Assembly (NCBI GenBank): GCA_018713745.1
Contig: DVOH01000024.1
Span: 1,116 to 65,115 of the forward strand
Source of the DNA: Candidatus Stercoripulliclostridium merdipullorum
GTDB taxonomy: Bacteria > Bacillota > Clostridia > Christensenellales > DTU072
Direction: 5' to 3'
DNA: 64,000 bases
In this document: positions 1-9,771 of the stretch, piece after piece
How the letters are laid out: the number at the start of each line of letters is the position of its first letter
Numbering within the stretch: position 1 is the first letter of the stretch
Made by a program: the position numbers and the translations under genes
The notes under the pieces: generated by a model
Told to the model about the DNA's origin: nothing
Database searches by the model: none
Seen by the model: only the letters and a program-made list of their open reading frames with translations

Positions 1-3000
1 AACGGGCAAGAATATCATCCCGGCACCTGGGCAAGCAACAACGTCGTTTATTCCGTCAGACCCGATCCCGACAGCACGCCCAACATTTCCGGCGCACTGT
101 TCTATTTCAAAACACAGGACATGGACGAATGGCAGGAAATGTCCTCCCAAGCAGACGGCAGCTATGCGTATACGTTCGCCGAGACCACGCTCGGCGTGCA
201 GTTCAAAGCGGTCAGCCTTGCCGGCAAAGAAAGTGAGGCAACCGACCCCCGCGACGTCCTGATCGATCCCGTTACCCCCGATCTTCAGTTGTCGGCGACC
301 GACGGCGACGGCATGAAGATTCTGTCGATGGGCTCCGAAAGCGCAAGCGGCTTCCGCGTCGGCTATGCCACGGACAGCATCCGGTTCGTTTTGTATAACG
401 GAGCCGCCGATCAGCAATCCCGTATCACCTATCAATACAAACTTCAAGGGCAGGGCGACGACGCTTATGTCGATATCAACGAAACCAACGGCGCGTTTGT
501 ACTCAGCCACTCCCACAGCGCGACGGCACCCATCGTCGACCGTACTTACGTTTTCCGCGCGGTATCCCAGGCGGGGTTGACCGACGGCGCCGAATTTACC
601 GTTACGGTTGTGCCCAAAACGTTTGAATTTTCGATGGAAGACGTCGATCTGACCCCCAACGATCAGGGCTGGCTGAAAGACGATATCGAACTGATTTTCC
701 GCGTACCCAACTTCTTCCCCGCAAACCGCGCTTCCGAGTACGACTTCTATTCGCAGCTCGGCGAAGACAATACCTCCTTGACCCGCGTCGAAGCCGTCTT
801 TGTCGATACGGCAGACGGCTACAGCCGTTTCCGCGTCGTCGTCGACACGCTGCTCGACGGGACCAAACCCCTCCGCTTCTATGCCATCAACAAAGCGGGC
901 AACAAGTCGGAATGGCTTTCCCTTCTTTATGAAGGCAACCCCGTTCGCCTCGATAACCGCGATCCCGTTGCCGAAGTCGTGCGTCAACTCGATCCCGACG
1001 GTCATATTCTTGCCGAAGGCGATTGGGCAAACGGCGCGATTAAAGTTACGCTCAAACCCCGCGCCGAAGGCTCCTCCGCAGACAGCCCCGAAGCCAATAT
1101 TTCGGGCGTCCGTTGCTTTACGCGCATTAACGGATTCAATACCGACGAAATCGTCATGCAGGACGGCGTCTTTGTCAAAACTTTTGACACCTCGGGCGTT
1201 TATCGGTTTGTGCTGATCAGCGGAGCGGGACGCGAAACCGTTATTTCCGTTTCGATCGACATCGAAACCAAAACTTCCATCGAAGTCATGCCCGGCGGAA
1301 TCGTCGCCACCACTTCGCTCGGGACCGAAATTCCGTACGACGGATCGGTGACCATCGCGCAGGACGTTACCGTTACCTTCGATACCAACCAGAACGGACA
1401 CTTCCTCGTGTATTTCCGCGACGTCACCAACGTTTCCGACATCAGCGTCGACCTTTCGGACTATACGATGAGCGGGGACGAAACCTTGTTTGTCGCCGCA
1501 CCCTCGGACGGCGCAACGACAAGGGTATTTGACGTCATCCTCGTATCCAAGGCTTATACCTACGACGGTCAGCGCGCAATGACCGAGCGGCATCGTTTGA
1601 CGTTCCGCTACGACGTCGTCGACTTTGTCTTAACCGTCGATTATACCGCAACGTCCGACTGGGTCTCTTCGATCGACTTTGCGTTTTCTATCTCCGATCC
1701 CTCGGTGACCGTCACCAAATATCAGATGCGCCTGATGGACTATCAGGAAGGCGTCTGGGGCGAGTGGATCGATCTCAACGAAGTCGACCTTTACAATCCT
1801 TCCTATACCTTCCAGGGCGTCATGCAGTCCTATCGCGGGATCGAAGCGGGACGTTCCTTCCGCGGCAAAATCGAGTTCCGCGCCCTCAACAAGGCGGGAT
1901 ATCCCTCCAACGAAGTCGGACCCGAAACCGTCATTATGGTCGACAGTTCGATTCCCGATCCGTTCTATGCCGTCGCACAGACGATCGGTGACTTCGATAT
2001 CGGGGCAAATTCCCTCACCGTATACAGCAAAGAGGACATTTTCCTGCGCTCTTCCGCCAAGTCGGGAGATCCGCTCTTCGATCGTAAATCTCCTATAACC
2101 TATTACTATAAAGTGCTCGAATCGGCAGACGCCGTCTTGCCCGCATTCGATATCAATACCTTTACCGCTTTGTCCGAGGACGCTTCGATCAACCTCGCCA
2201 ACGGCTCGGTGTACGCGATTTACGCCGTCAACGGATTGTCCGCCAATTCCATCCGCAAGTTTATCTTCGTCAAACAGGTCGAAACCACTTCGGGGTATAT
2301 TCAAGGCGGGATCCTCGGGCCTACCGGCAACCTCGAATTCAACTGGTCCGACCGCGCCGAAGTCAAAATTACCGCCCATTCCGACACCGCCATTTCCATC
2401 TGGTACCAGATCGGCGACGGAACCTGGGAGCGCTACGAAGAAAACGGCAATCCTTATTTTGCCGTCAACGACAGTTATAATGTTACAAAGAGTATCTGGT
2501 TCCTCGGAGAAGCCGACGGAACGCGGCCTACCGCCATTGTCGGCAATCTGAACGATACCGTCCGCTTCCGCATCACCAACCGTGCAGGTGACGTCTATGA
2601 CGATCTCCCGCGCGTTCGGATTCAGATCGACGTCGACAGCCCCGACTTTACCATCGACGCGATGATCGGCGATCAGATTCTGACCGATTTCGATCGCTGG
2701 TACAATCAGGCGATTCAGCTCCGCATTACGCCCGACAGCCCCGATCAGAATCCCGGCGGCGTCAAGTACAGCTACTGCCTAAACAACGAAAACGGACAGT
2801 ATATTCCCCTCAACGTCGGAGCGACGTTTATCTCCACCGACTATCTGACGGGCGAAGGCTATGACGGCAACGGCGAATTTACCGTATATATCAAAGCCGT
2901 TCCCAATGCCAATACGACCAAAGTCGTCATCCGTTCGATTACCTTGCGGATCGACAAAGTCGTCCCCGACTTTAATCTGAAAGGTACGGTAACGATGGCA

Positions 3001-4806
3001 GGGGGCAGCACCAAAACGCTTGCTTCGGGCGAATGGACCAATGCCGACGAAGTCCGCATCAGTCTCGAAATCCTTGCCGAAGGCGCTTCGCAGATCCGAT
3101 ATTTCTATCATTTCGGCGATATCAACAACGTGACCGAGTGGCCGGCGGGCGGATATGTTTCGCAACGGATCGAAACGGTTTATGTCTATGCCGAAAACGA
3201 GGCGGGCGTTCGCGTGGAACGTGAGTTCAGCGTTAAGATCGACAAGATTCCGCCCAAGATCAACTCGGGCAGCATCAAAAACAACGAGAACGACCCCGAC
3301 AATCCTTATCGTTATTATATTGATCAGGTGATCACGTTCGAGGAAGAAAACCTCAAAGAAGCCCGTTATAACAATTTCCCGCTGACCAACGGCGCGGTGA
3401 TCGCCACCAACACCGTCGATAACAGCAACGGCGGGTATGTGCATATCGTGGTAGAGGATCTTGCCGGCAACAAAACAGAACTCAAATTCTATATGACGGT
3501 GTTCGATCTCAACGTCAACACGATTACGTTGAGCGACGCCGACATCGCGTTGCTCGAACGCTTCCAAAGCGATTTCAACAACGCGGCGTCGACGCTTACG
3601 GCATCGCGCAGAGAATACTTCGATACCTATATCGGCCGTCTGTGGGATCGCGTCGCCACCCTGCAGAAAGAAATCGACGAGTATCGTCAGTTCCTCGAAC
3701 AGGTTAACATCCGCGTCAGCTTCGAACTGAAGTCCGACTTTGCGGATATGGAAAAATATTATAACTATTTCAACACCGACGACGTCACCGTTCGTTATCC
3801 CGAATGGCAACAGAAAAAGATTCTGGAAGGCGTGTACGCCGGCTATTACAGCAAGCTGGATTCCGAATACAAAAAGCTGCTTGCGCAGATGGAAACCATC
3901 CGTACCATCGAAAAACAAGCGACCGCACTGCCTGCCATCAACGTGGTGGAAACATCCGATTATCAGGAGATTCTCCGCGTTTACAACGCCTATGACAGCC
4001 TGACCAACGATCAGAAGAGTGTGTTCCAAGCAACGCTGTATACCAAACTGACCGAAATCAAGCGGCGTTGCGAAGTGTTGCTGCTACAGGATTCCTCGAC
4101 CGGTATCTCGATCAACGGCGACGATCTTGCCGCAGGCGCGACGATCGAAGTCGTTTCGTATGACAAGAAGTCCGAACTCTTCAACAACGCACAGCTTGCC
4201 ATCCTCGAAACCGTCAGCGAAAACGATCCGCGCGCCATCGTCAGCATCAGCAAAGTCGGACTGACCGGATACGGCTCGCAGTTCGATACCGGTACGATTA
4301 CGGTGTCGCTCCCCATCCCCGACGACTTCCTCAATTATATTTACTTCGACGTCTATAAACTCGGCGCCGACGGAACGATCACACCCATTGCCGACACGAC
4401 GATTGCCGGAGACGGAAAGAGCATCTCCTTTGAGACCAATCAGCTCGATACTTACATCCTGGTCACCAAAGCCAATCTGACCGTCCGCGAAAAATCCAAA
4501 GAGATCTACGGGACGTTTGCCGGGATCGAAATCGACGCGACGCTGTTGACCTACATTACTTATGCCGCATGCGGAATGTTCGGACTTTTGGTTCTTATTA
4601 TGATCATTATGGGAATCCGGAAGGGACAATTCCTGCGCCGCTACAACAAGAGCTACAAATACGGTCTTGCCAAACGCGGGATTGACAACATTCCCAAAGG
4701 CAACCCCGCGCCTTACGCCAACCCCGTACATGAGAGCGAACGGATGAACTTTGAGCAACGCGTTTACGAAAAGAAGCGTCGCGCCAAAAAAAACAGAATC
4801 AAATAA
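1..4806 (+). CDS. Very large cell-surface protein with tandem Ig-like/beta-sandwich repeats and a C-terminal membrane anchor (5'-truncated by the window edge)
   Basis: Frame 1 is open from base 1 (NGQEYHPGTWASNN...) into the 121..4806 ORF. Recurring W...ID..(A/T)P repeat boundaries, Y/F-rich beta strands, hydrophobic segment TYITYAACGMFGLLVLIMIIMGI, then a basic tail. Confidence 0.8.
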   Translation, partial: NGQEYHPGTWASNNVVYSVRPDPDSTPNISGALFYFKTQDMDEWQEMSSQADGSYAYTFAETTLGVQFKAVSLAGKESEATDPRDVLIDPVTPDLQLSATDGDGMKILSMGSESASGFRVGYATDSIRFVLYNGAADQQSRITYQYKLQGQGDDAYVDINETNGAFVLSHSHSATAPIVDRTYVFRAVSQAGLTDGAEFTVTVVPKTFEFSMEDVDLTPNDQGWLKDDIELIFRVPNFFPANRASEYDFYSQLGEDNTSLTRVEAVFVDTADGYSRFRVVVDTLLDGTKPLRFYAINKAGNKSEWLSLLYEGNPVRLDNRDPVAEVVRQLDPDGHILAEGDWANGAIKVTLKPRAEGSSADSPEANISGVRCFTRINGFNTDEIVMQDGVFVKTFDTSGVYRFVLISGAGRETVISVSIDIETKTSIEVMPGGIVATTSLGTEIPYDGSVTIAQDVTVTFDTNQNGHFLVYFRDVTNVSDISVDLSDYTMSGDETLFVAAPSDGATTRVFDVILVSKAYTYDGQRAMTERHRLTFRYDVVDFVLTVDYTATSDWVSSIDFAFSISDPSVTVTKYQMRLMDYQEGVWGEWIDLNEVDLYNPSYTFQGVMQSYRGIEAGRSFRGKIEFRALNKAGYPSNEVGPETVIMVDSSIPDPFYAVAQTIGDFDIGANSLTVYSKEDIFLRSSAKSGDPLFDRKSPITYYYKVLESADAVLPAFDINTFTALSEDASINLANGSVYAIYAVNGLSANSIRKFIFVKQVETTSGYIQGGILGPTGNLEFNWSDRAEVKITAHSDTAISIWYQIGDGTWERYEENGNPYFAVNDSYNVTKSIWFLGEADGTRPTAIVGNLNDTVRFRITNRAGDVYDDLPRVRIQIDVDSPDFTIDAMIGDQILTDFDRWYNQAIQLRITPDSPDQNPGGVKYSYCLNNENGQYIPLNVGATFISTDYLTGEGYDGNGEFTVYIKAVPNANTTKVVIRSITLRIDKVVPDFNLKGTVTMAGGSTKTLASGEWTNADEVRISLEILAEGASQIRYFYHFGDINNVTEWPAGGYVSQRIETVYVYAENEAGVRVEREFSVKIDKIPPKINSGSIKNNENDPDNPYRYYIDQVITFEEENLKEARYNNFPLTNGAVIATNTVDNSNGGYVHIVVEDLAGNKTELKFYMTVFDLNVNTITLSDADIALLERFQSDFNNAASTLTASRREYFDTYIGRLWDRVATLQKEIDEYRQFLEQVNIRVSFELKSDFADMEKYYNYFNTDDVTVRYPEWQQKKILEGVYAGYYSKLDSEYKKLLAQMETIRTIEKQATALPAINVVETSDYQEILRVYNAYDSLTNDQKSVFQATLYTKLTEIKRRCEVLLLQDSSTGISINGDDLAAGATIEVVSYDKKSELFNNAQLAILETVSENDPRAIVSISKVGLTGYGSQFDTGTITVSLPIPDDFLNYIYFDVYKLGADGTITPIADTTIAGDGKSISFETNQLDTYILVTKANLTVREKSKEIYGTFAGIEIDATLLTYITYAACGMFGLLVLIMIIMGIRKGQFLRRYNKSYKYGLAKRGIDNIPKGNPAPYANPVHESERMNFEQRVYEKKRRAKKNRIK

Positions 4807-4827
4807 CCTGAACAAGGAGGAGACGAT

Positions 4828-5589
4828 ATGTCAGCAAAAGCGCAAGCGTTTGTCAATTTCTACGCCGCGATCGGAACACTCGAAAAATTTGTCGAGCTCG
4901 ACCCGCAGGCGAAAGAAATTGCAAAATCCTACAACCTCACCATTCGGTTTGACGTCGGCGGAGGCCCCGACGGACTGCTGATTTTCAAAGACGGCACCGT
5001 ACAGGCGATCCCTTATGACGGCAGAAGAGTCGACATTCATCTCATTTGCCCGACGCCCGAAAAATTCAACGACGTCGTTGACGGCAAAGCCATGCCGCTT
5101 CCCGTAAAAGGGCTGTTCAAAACCCTTAAGTTTATGGGCAGCAAAACCGCTCCCTTTAGCGTTCTGACCGACCGGATGGGTGCGCTGATGCGCCAGAAAG
5201 AATTCAAGGATCAAGCCGAAAAAGATCTCAGCACCAAGCTGAAATTCTATGCGATGGTGGCAGGGCTTGCTCAGGTTGCCAATCACGATCCCATCGCGCA
5301 ATATGCGATGAAACGCATTGTCGACGGCGAAATCAGTATCGAAATCCTCGGCGAGTGCGCCGCAACGCTGATCAAAAAGGACGGTCAGCTGACTTGCGTA
5401 CGTCAACCTTCGCAAAAAGGCAGAGCGTTTATGCAATTTACCACGCTCGAAATCGCTGCCGGCGTAATCGACGGCAAACTCGACGCAATGAGCTGTATCA
5501 GCGACGGGTCGCTGATCACCAAAGGGCACATGCTGATGCTGGATAACGTCAACAAAATCCTCAACATTCTGCCCAAATACCTTTCGTAA
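4828..5589 (+). CDS. Tandem SCP2 (sterol-carrier/lipid-binding)-like domain protein
   Basis: SD AAGGAGG upstream. Internal duplication FYA...DP.A...KDG...V.DGK. C-terminal AMSCISDGSLITKGHMLML resembles the SCP2 'A...G.L.I.G' end. Confidence 0.55.
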   Translation: MSAKAQAFVNFYAAIGTLEKFVELDPQAKEIAKSYNLTIRFDVGGGPDGLLIFKDGTVQAIPYDGRRVDIHLICPTPEKFNDVVDGKAMPLPVKGLFKTLKFMGSKTAPFSVLTDRMGALMRQKEFKDQAEKDLSTKLKFYAMVAGLAQVANHDPIAQYAMKRIVDGEISIEILGECAATLIKKDGQLTCVRQPSQKGRAFMQFTTLEIAAGVIDGKLDAMSCISDGSLITKGHMLMLDNVNKILNILPKYLS

Positions 5590-5608
5590 GAGTCAAGGAG
5601 TTACCGCT

Positions 5609-6865
5609 ATGACGTATGTTTATCCCAAAAATGTAGAAACCATGAAACGTGCCGCCAAAGTGATTCCGTGCGGCGTTTACGGGCATCTCGGTCCCGGCGA
5701 AGGATGTATGATTCCCAGCTCGGCATATCCGTTTTTCGTATCCCGCGCCAAGGGCAGCGAAATGTGGGACGTGGACGGCAATCATTTTATCGACTATATG
5801 TGCGGTTACGGCCCCAATGTTACGGGTTATTGCGACGAAGACGTCGACCGTGCCGCTCTGGAACAGATCAAGCTCGGCAACTGCACGACGCTGCCTTCCC
5901 ATATCATGGTCGACTTTGCCGAATTGCTGACCTCGACCGTTCATAAGGATTGGGCGTTCTTTGCCAAAAACGGCGGCGACGTTACGTCGTTTGCCGTCAT
6001 GGTTTCGCGCTACTATACCGGCAAAAAGAAGATTATTTTTGTCAACAATTACTATCACGGCGTTGCACCCTGGACGCAGAAGCCCGACACCCCCGGGACG
6101 TTGATTGACGATTGTAAGCACGCCTTATATGTCGATTTCAACGATGTCGAAGGGCTTAAGAAAGTTATTGCCGAAAACAAGGACGATATCGCCTGCTTTA
6201 TTTCCACTCCTTATATGCACGGCAACTTTATCGACAACGTTTTGCCCGCGGAAGGATACTGGCAGGCGGTGCGTAAACTTTGTACCGAAAACAATATCGT
6301 CCTGATCGTTGACGATATTCGCACAGGCTTCCGCTTGAGCCTCGAGGGGTCGGATACTTATTTCGGATTTGAGGCAGACCTTATCTGCTTCTGTAAAGCC
6401 CTTGCCAACGGTTATAACGTGTCTGCGCTTTGCGGCAAAGAATTTTTGCGCGGCGCCGTCAGTGCCATCCCGTACACCGGCAGCTATTGGATGAGTGCGG
6501 TGCCGTTTGCCGCGGGGATTGCCAATATCAACAAACTCAAAGCCAACAACGCCTGCGAACACTTTGAAAAAATGGGGACGCGCCTCAACAACGGCGTTAT
6601 GAAAACGGCAAAGGAACTGGGCGTCGACCTGCGGATCTCGGGCGCACCGGCATTGTTCTACTGGCGCATCAATGACGAACTCGGCAACTTCCTCCTGCAT
6701 CAGGAGTGGATCGCGGAGTGCGTCAAGCGCGGCGTATTCCTGACCAATCACCACAATCACTTCATCAATCTTTCTCTGACGCCGGCTTTGGTCGACAAGA
6801 CGATCGAGATTTGCTCCGAAGCGATGCAGGTTATGGTCAACAATCACCCCGAACTGTACAAATAA
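5609..6865 (+). CDS. Class III PLP-dependent aminotransferase, HemL/GSA-aminomutase-like
   Basis: AKGSEMWDVDGNHFIDY, YHG, LIVDDIRTGFR and FCKALANG (PLP lysine) motifs. Confidence 0.88.
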   Translation: MTYVYPKNVETMKRAAKVIPCGVYGHLGPGEGCMIPSSAYPFFVSRAKGSEMWDVDGNHFIDYMCGYGPNVTGYCDEDVDRAALEQIKLGNCTTLPSHIMVDFAELLTSTVHKDWAFFAKNGGDVTSFAVMVSRYYTGKKKIIFVNNYYHGVAPWTQKPDTPGTLIDDCKHALYVDFNDVEGLKKVIAENKDDIACFISTPYMHGNFIDNVLPAEGYWQAVRKLCTENNIVLIVDDIRTGFRLSLEGSDTYFGFEADLICFCKALANGYNVSALCGKEFLRGAVSAIPYTGSYWMSAVPFAAGIANINKLKANNACEHFEKMGTRLNNGVMKTAKELGVDLRISGAPALFYWRINDELGNFLLHQEWIAECVKRGVFLTNHHNHFINLSLTPALVDKTIEICSEAMQVMVNNHPELYK

Positions 6866-6875
6866 GCATATCGGA

Positions 6876-6909
6876 CAAAAAAGGGGACCGCGCGCGGTCC
6901 CCTTTTTTG
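6876..6909. terminator. Intrinsic terminator (perfect 34-bp palindrome, bidirectional form)
   Basis: caaaaaaggggaccgcgcgcggtccccttttttg directly after the aminotransferase stop. Confidence 0.85.
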
Positions 6910-6926
6910 ACGGAAGAGGAGTAGTT

Positions 6927-8183
6927 ATGGAAGTCATCACAGTCGTTGCCGCCGTGATCGCGGCGATTGCCGCCGTTGCGGCATTGATCGTCGCGCTGAA
7001 AAAGCAAAAAGCAACGGGACAAAACACCGATCTCGATCCCGTCCTGCGGGAAATCGGGGCAGAAGGCGCGCGGGTGCGCAGCCATGCCGAGACTGTCAAC
7101 AAAATTACGACGGAAACCTTGTATGCCGGCGTTCGGGAAACCAATCAACAGGTATTGGGTACGGTCAAAGCTATGAGCGAGCACAGCGCGGGGCGGATTG
7201 CCGAAATGAAGGACGAACTTTCGAAGTCCCTTGCCGAAATGCGGGTCAACATCAAAGGATCGCTGGACGAGGTGCGCGCCGACAATGCAAAGCAACTGGA
7301 CGAGATGCGCAAGGTCGTCGACGAAAAGCTGTCCGCAACGCTCAGCGAGCGACTCAATCAGTCTTTCGGCGTGATTTCGGAGCGGCTTGAGGCGGTTGCC
7401 AAAAACCTCGGTGAAATCAAGAGCCTTGACAACGGGATCAACGATCTGAAGCGTGTCCTGACCAATGTCAAAACGCGGGGAACGTGGGGAGAAGTTTCGC
7501 TCGAAGCATTATTGTCGGAGTTGCTGACGCCCGATCAGTATGCAAGAAGCGTGTGCGTCAAAAAGGGATCGGCAGAGCGTGTTGACTTTGCGGTGCTGCT
7601 TCCCGAAGACGTATGCCTTCCGATCGACGTCAAATTTCCGGCGGAAGACTATTTAAGACTTTCGGAAGCGTTGGAGCATGCCGACCGTACGGGCTACGAC
7701 GAGGCGCGTAAAGCCCTTGCCGCCCGGATTCGGCAGGAAGCGCGCAGTATTTCGTCCAAATACGTCAATCCGCCCCGTACCACCGATTTTGCCGTTATGT
7801 ATCTGCCGGTCGAAGGGCTGTATGCCGAAGTGCTTCGGATGGACGGACTGATGGAAACGCTTCAGAAAGAGTACAAAGTGATTCCGGCAGGCCCCACCAA
7901 TTTTGCCGCCCTTCTCAACAGCTTGCGGATGGGGTTCCGCACGCTGACCATTCAGAAATACAGTCGGGAAGTCTTTGACCTCTTCCAAAAATTCGCCAAA
8001 GACTTTGACACCTTCAGCGATCTGATCGTCAAAGCGCAGTCACAGGTCGAGTCGGTCAACAAGACCCTGGAATCGGCAGGGCACCGCACCCGTCAGATCC
8101 GCAAAAAGCTCGATCGCGTCGGCAACATCGCGCTGCCCGAAGAGGAAGAGACGCCGGGCTTGCCCGTCGGATCGGAGGACTGA
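6927..8183 (+). CDS. rmuC: DNA recombination protein RmuC
   Basis: N-terminal TM segment, coiled coil, KTRGTWGE, VDFAVLLP, PIDVKFP, TTDFAVMYLPVEGLYAE, GPT motifs. Confidence 0.93.
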   Translation: MEVITVVAAVIAAIAAVAALIVALKKQKATGQNTDLDPVLREIGAEGARVRSHAETVNKITTETLYAGVRETNQQVLGTVKAMSEHSAGRIAEMKDELSKSLAEMRVNIKGSLDEVRADNAKQLDEMRKVVDEKLSATLSERLNQSFGVISERLEAVAKNLGEIKSLDNGINDLKRVLTNVKTRGTWGEVSLEALLSELLTPDQYARSVCVKKGSAERVDFAVLLPEDVCLPIDVKFPAEDYLRLSEALEHADRTGYDEARKALAARIRQEARSISSKYVNPPRTTDFAVMYLPVEGLYAEVLRMDGLMETLQKEYKVIPAGPTNFAALLNSLRMGFRTLTIQKYSREVFDLFQKFAKDFDTFSDLIVKAQSQVESVNKTLESAGHRTRQIRKKLDRVGNIALPEEEETPGLPVGSED

Positions 8184-8220
8184 GCATACAAAATCGCGGG
8201 GAGAAACCGCGGTCAAACAG

Positions 8221-8249
8221 TTTACAAATCAGTCAAAATGCGCTATCAT
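8221..8249 (+). promoter_or_regulatory. Putative sigmaA promoter of the pyr operon
   Basis: TTTACA-17 nt-TATCAT, about 30 nt before the pyrR ATG. Confidence 0.55.
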
Positions 8250-8281
8250 ATTTAGGATAAAGTAAAGGCACCGGAGAGACC

Positions 8282-8809
8282 ATGGGCAAAACCGTTCTGA
8301 CCGAAAAAGAAATCGCGCTTGCCGTCAATCGCATCGCTTACGAAGTCGTCGAGTCCCTCGGCGATCGTGACGATCTTTGCGTGGTCGGGATCCGCTCGCG
8401 CGGTGTGCCCCTTGCTTTCCGCCTTGCTCAAGCGATTGCGACGGTTACGGGCGGGCAAGTTCCTGTCGGAATTTTGGACATTACCGTATTCCGTGACGAT
8501 CTGATTACGGCATCCACCATTCCCGAAGCGCGTTCGACCGAGATCGACTTCGACGTCAACGGCAAACGGATTGTATTGGTCGACGACGTACTGTTCACGG
8601 GCAGAACGATTCATGCAGCGATCGCCGCGCTGATGCAACTGGGGCGTCCCGCTTTGATCCGCACCGCGGTACTGATCGACCGCGGTCATCGCGAACTTCC
8701 CATTCACGCCGATTTCGTCGGAAAATCGATCGATACCCTTTACGGAGAGAGTGTTGACGTTTTCCTTTCGGAAACGGACGGACAAGACATTGTCAAATTA
8801 AAAGGCTAA
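8282..8809 (+). CDS. pyrR: Pyrimidine operon regulator / uracil phosphoribosyltransferase PyrR
   Basis: LDITVFRDD, LVDDVLFTGRT, DRGHRELPI motifs; first gene of the pyr operon. Confidence 0.96.
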   Translation: MGKTVLTEKEIALAVNRIAYEVVESLGDRDDLCVVGIRSRGVPLAFRLAQAIATVTGGQVPVGILDITVFRDDLITASTIPEARSTEIDFDVNGKRIVLVDDVLFTGRTIHAAIAALMQLGRPALIRTAVLIDRGHRELPIHADFVGKSIDTLYGESVDVFLSETDGQDIVKLKG

Positions 8810-8834
8810 GTGTTTTGGCACTTAGCTTTTTTTT
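8801..8834 (+). terminator. Intrinsic terminator/attenuator between pyrR and pyrB
   Basis: aaaggctaagtgt-tttg-gcacttagc followed by a T8 run. Confidence 0.7.
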
Positions 8835-8853
8835 CATACTTGAGAGGTAACCT

Positions 8854-9759
8854 ATGAAGCATCTTTTGGGACTCAAAGACGTCGAAGCGGCAGAGATTCG
8901 CGAAATTCTCGACACTGCCGTCAGCATGAAAAAACTTCTGCGGCAAAACGTCAAAAAACTCCCCCAGCTGCAAAGCAAAAGCGTCATCACGCTGTTTTAC
9001 GAGAATTCCACCCGAACGCGGGTATCCTTCGAGCTTGCGGCAAAGTATATGTCTGCCGCGACCGTCAACGTGTCGGCATCGACCAGTTCGGTGCAGAAGG
9101 GCGAAACGCTGATCGATACGGGCAGAACCCTTGACGCCATGAAGACGGACGTCGTCATTATGCGGCATCCGATGGCGGGCGCGCCCAAGCTCTTGTCCGA
9201 GAACGTTCGCGCTTCGGTCATCAATGCCGGGGACGGGATGAACGAGCATCCCACTCAGGCACTGCTCGATATGTTTACGCTGTACGAAAAATTCGGCACG
9301 CTCAAAGGTCTGACCGTTGCCATCGTCGGCGACGTCATGCACTCCCGTGTCGCAAAAAGCAATGTGTTCGGGCTGACCAAAATGGGGAGCGAAGTGCGAT
9401 TGTTTTCACCCTCGACGCTTGCATTGCCCGAGATCGGGCGGCTCGGCGCCAAAGTGATGAACAGCCGTGCCGACGCCATCCGCGATGCCGATGCGGTCAT
9501 GGGACTTCGCATTCAGCTGGAGCGACAGAAGGGAGGGCTGTTTCCCAGCCTGTCCGAATACAATCGCTTTTTCGGCGTCAACGAAGAAGATCTCAAGGGG
9601 GCAAAGCCCGGCGCGTTGGTTATGCACCCGGGTCCCGTCAACCGCGGCGTCGAAATGTCGGGCGCGGTGATCGATTCGGCACAGAGCGTCATCAACGAAC
9701 AGGTGCTCAACGGCGTGGCGGTCAGGATGGCGATTCTGTTTCTGCTGACGCGCAACTAA
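8854..9759 (+). CDS. pyrB: Aspartate carbamoyltransferase catalytic subunit
   Basis: FYENSTRTRVSFE, HPTQALLD, HPGPVNRG motifs. Confidence 0.97.
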   Translation: MKHLLGLKDVEAAEIREILDTAVSMKKLLRQNVKKLPQLQSKSVITLFYENSTRTRVSFELAAKYMSAATVNVSASTSSVQKGETLIDTGRTLDAMKTDVVIMRHPMAGAPKLLSENVRASVINAGDGMNEHPTQALLDMFTLYEKFGTLKGLTVAIVGDVMHSRVAKSNVFGLTKMGSEVRLFSPSTLALPEIGRLGAKVMNSRADAIRDADAVMGLRIQLERQKGGLFPSLSEYNRFFGVNEEDLKGAKPGALVMHPGPVNRGVEMSGAVIDSAQSVINEQVLNGVAVRMAILFLLTRN

Positions 9760-9771
9760 AAGGAGGAAGCT

